Positions 62,604 through 64,000 of a stretch of DNA of 64,000 bases are shown here, in pieces. The stretch lies in IMG/VR virus record IMGVR_UViG_3300050030_000093. One strand, given 5' to 3'. Under the pieces are notes generated by a model. The model was not told the DNA's origin, searched no databases, and worked only from the letters and a program-made list of their open reading frames with translations. Origin of the DNA: an uncultured virus (IMG/VR IMGVR_UViG_3300050030_000093). Its lineage: Duplodnaviria; Heunggongvirae; Uroviricota; Caudoviricetes. Position 1 is the first letter of the stretch; each line of letters opens with the position of its first letter. The translations under genes and the position numbers were made by a program.

Positions 62604-62735
62604 TTATCTCATAAGAAAACCAGAACCCCCATCATCTCCATTATTTCTGCCTGTAAAGTCTGAACAGAATATAGAAATTCCGTTGCGACTTGAGGTCGAT
62701 GTTATAATGGCTGATATGTGCCTGTACGTTTTCAT
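62604..62735 (-). CDS. 43-aa leader peptide MKTYRHISAIITSTSSRNGISIFCSDFTGRNNGDDGGSGFLMR (not in ORF track)
   Basis: Open frame between sigmaA promoter and terminator; 3' codons are complementary to the terminator 5' arm. Confidence 0.7.
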   Translation of the reverse strand: MKTYRHISAIITSTSSRNGISIFCSDFTGRNNGDDGGSGFLMR

Positions 62736-62775
62736 TGTTTATTTATTATAAGTTCGTTTTCTATTAAATACTTGG

Positions 62776-62806
62776 CAAAGTTAAATAAAGTTTCAATACC
62801 ACCAAA
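62776..62806 (-). promoter_or_regulatory. Bacteroidota sigmaA promoter for leader peptide and tRNA array
   Basis: TTTG-N19-TAACTTTG. Confidence 0.75.
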
Positions 62807-62880
62807 CATTTTTTCAATTATTTTCATAAAAAAACCTCAGAAAATTTTCTGAGGTTCTTAAATATTTGAGTATCTGAATT

Positions 62881-64000
62881 TTAGATTTTAACTTCTTTTT
62901 CTGATAAATCGAAAGTAAAGTTAAGAAGTTGTTTGTCAAGGGTTAATTCGAGAGAGTTTTCATCGAATGTTTTGAATTCCTTGAACCATTTTTTGCTCAA
63001 TATCAAAGCGAATTTAATCTGAGCAATTTCTTGCAATGCTTTCCTTCTTACTTTATTCAGTTCGTTGGATTTAGTAATCAGATAGGTTTTCAGCATTTCT
63101 TTCTGTTGTGCTTCTGAAAGAGTTTTGTACAATTCAGACTCTGTTACAGCAAGATATTTTTTAATTGCATCTACCATGACGTACTCGCTGAGTTTCAGAC
63201 TTGCACCGCTTTTTATTTTGGCAACAACGTCTTCAACTTTTGGCAAGCTGCTAAGACTCTTTATTTTAGTTTCAAGATTCACTGACATGTAGAAGTCTGT
63301 TGATTCTTCGGCATCAGTTAAAGGAGCAAAGCCGTTATAGTCGGTAATACCGATTGTTTTCAGCCAATCTGCAGCTTCCTGTCCGAGCAATTCAACAAAT
63401 GATTTACTTTCTTTCGGGAATAATGACTTCCTGTAATAATCGTAAACCTTCTTGTCTGCCTGGGTTTTCAGAAGTTCCCATTCCTGTACAGCCAAATCTT
63501 TTGCAGAAAGTGAACGAACCATACCTCTGTTTATAATAGGCAGAGAATTAAGGTCGACAACAATTATAGCTGAAAAATCTGCACCTGCACTTATTACTGC
63601 AAATGGTACGGAATTCGTTGTCAATAAATCAACAAGTTTGCTTGAATAACTTACTGGAAGTTTTTCAACGTTAACAATACCGTCCTTTATAAGAGTAAAG
63701 GTATTGTACTTGTAAGTAGCAACTTCATTGATTTTGAACTTGTTTTCAGGAAGTATTGCTTTTCCTTCAATACGAATACGAATACTGAGATTTGCACGTT
63801 TTTCATTCCATACCAAATCAGTCATTGAATAACCTCTGTCTGGATTGGTGTTGGTGAATTTAACCTCAACGTTCTTCTGCTTCAATTCTTCTGTGATTTT
63901 GTTGAGTTCTTCCACGTTTTTAGCCTCAGATAATCTCTTCTTGTCGGCTTCGCTAAGATTTTCGCCCCTTGCAACACGTTTCCTACCAATCCTGTTGTAA
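62881..64000 (-). CDS. hypothetical protein, 5' part beyond window
   Basis: Frame appears to stay open to the window edge; hairpin terminator 62830-62857 downstream. Confidence 0.75.
   Translation of the reverse strand, partial: YNRIGRKRVARGENLSEADKKRLSEAKNVEELNKITEELKQKNVEVKFTNTNPDRGYSMTDLVWNEKRANLSIRIRIEGKAILPENKFKINEVATYKYNTFTLIKDGIVNVEKLPVSYSSKLVDLLTTNSVPFAVISAGADFSAIIVVDLNSLPIINRGMVRSLSAKDLAVQEWELLKTQADKKVYDYYRKSLFPKESKSFVELLGQEAADWLKTIGITDYNGFAPLTDAEESTDFYMSVNLETKIKSLSSLPKVEDVVAKIKSGASLKLSEYVMVDAIKKYLAVTESELYKTLSEAQQKEMLKTYLITKSNELNKVRRKALQEIAQIKFALILSKKWFKEFKTFDENSLELTLDKQLLNFTFDLSEKEVKI

Noticed and set aside
707..63649. Most short plus-strand ORFs nested in minus-strand genes
   Set aside because: Shadow ORFs rich in Ser/Phe/Ile with no promoter or motif support.
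1..64000. Genome-wide TAG reassignment (code 15)
   Set aside because: Long genes are intact in the standard code, and TAG ends genes tightly coupled to the next start (e.g. TAG-ATG at 50181-50176). In-frame ambers were seen only near the Pth locus. Late structural genes are outside this window and untested.
1..64000. CRISPR array
   Set aside because: No regularly spaced direct repeats with unique spacers; the recurrent motifs are promoters separated by genes.

Overview
AT-rich segment of a large (jumbo-type) bacteriophage genome, almost certainly infecting a Bacteroidota host. Evidence for the host: TTTG-N19-TAnnTTTG sigmaA promoters, a Bacteroidota-style lipoprotein and a DUF5020-like outer-membrane gene. 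Nearly all genes are on the minus strand. 0-13 kb: small genes, almost each behind a repeated ECF-type promoter (TG(A/T)AAC-N~16-CGTATAA), next to a phage ECF sigma factor. 13-46 kb: an IS607 and an IS200/IS605 element, polyvalent/ART-like proteins, an RNA ligase, nucleotide-metabolism and envelope genes, and ncRNA candidates. 46-63 kb: a translation island with about 21 tRNAs (including an amber suppressor), RNase P RNA, ribosomal protein L7/L12, peptidyl-tRNA hydrolase and many homing endonucleases. Two apparently undescribed translation-sensing devices stand out. (1) A leader-peptide attenuator heads the tRNA array, and 33 of its 43 codons specify amino acids whose tRNAs lie downstream. (2) An amber-gated module contains a Pth2 gene and neighbouring uORFs with in-frame TAG codons beside a tRNA-CUA, although TAG remains a normal stop elsewhere. 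All calls come from reading the sequence by eye; no database searches were run.
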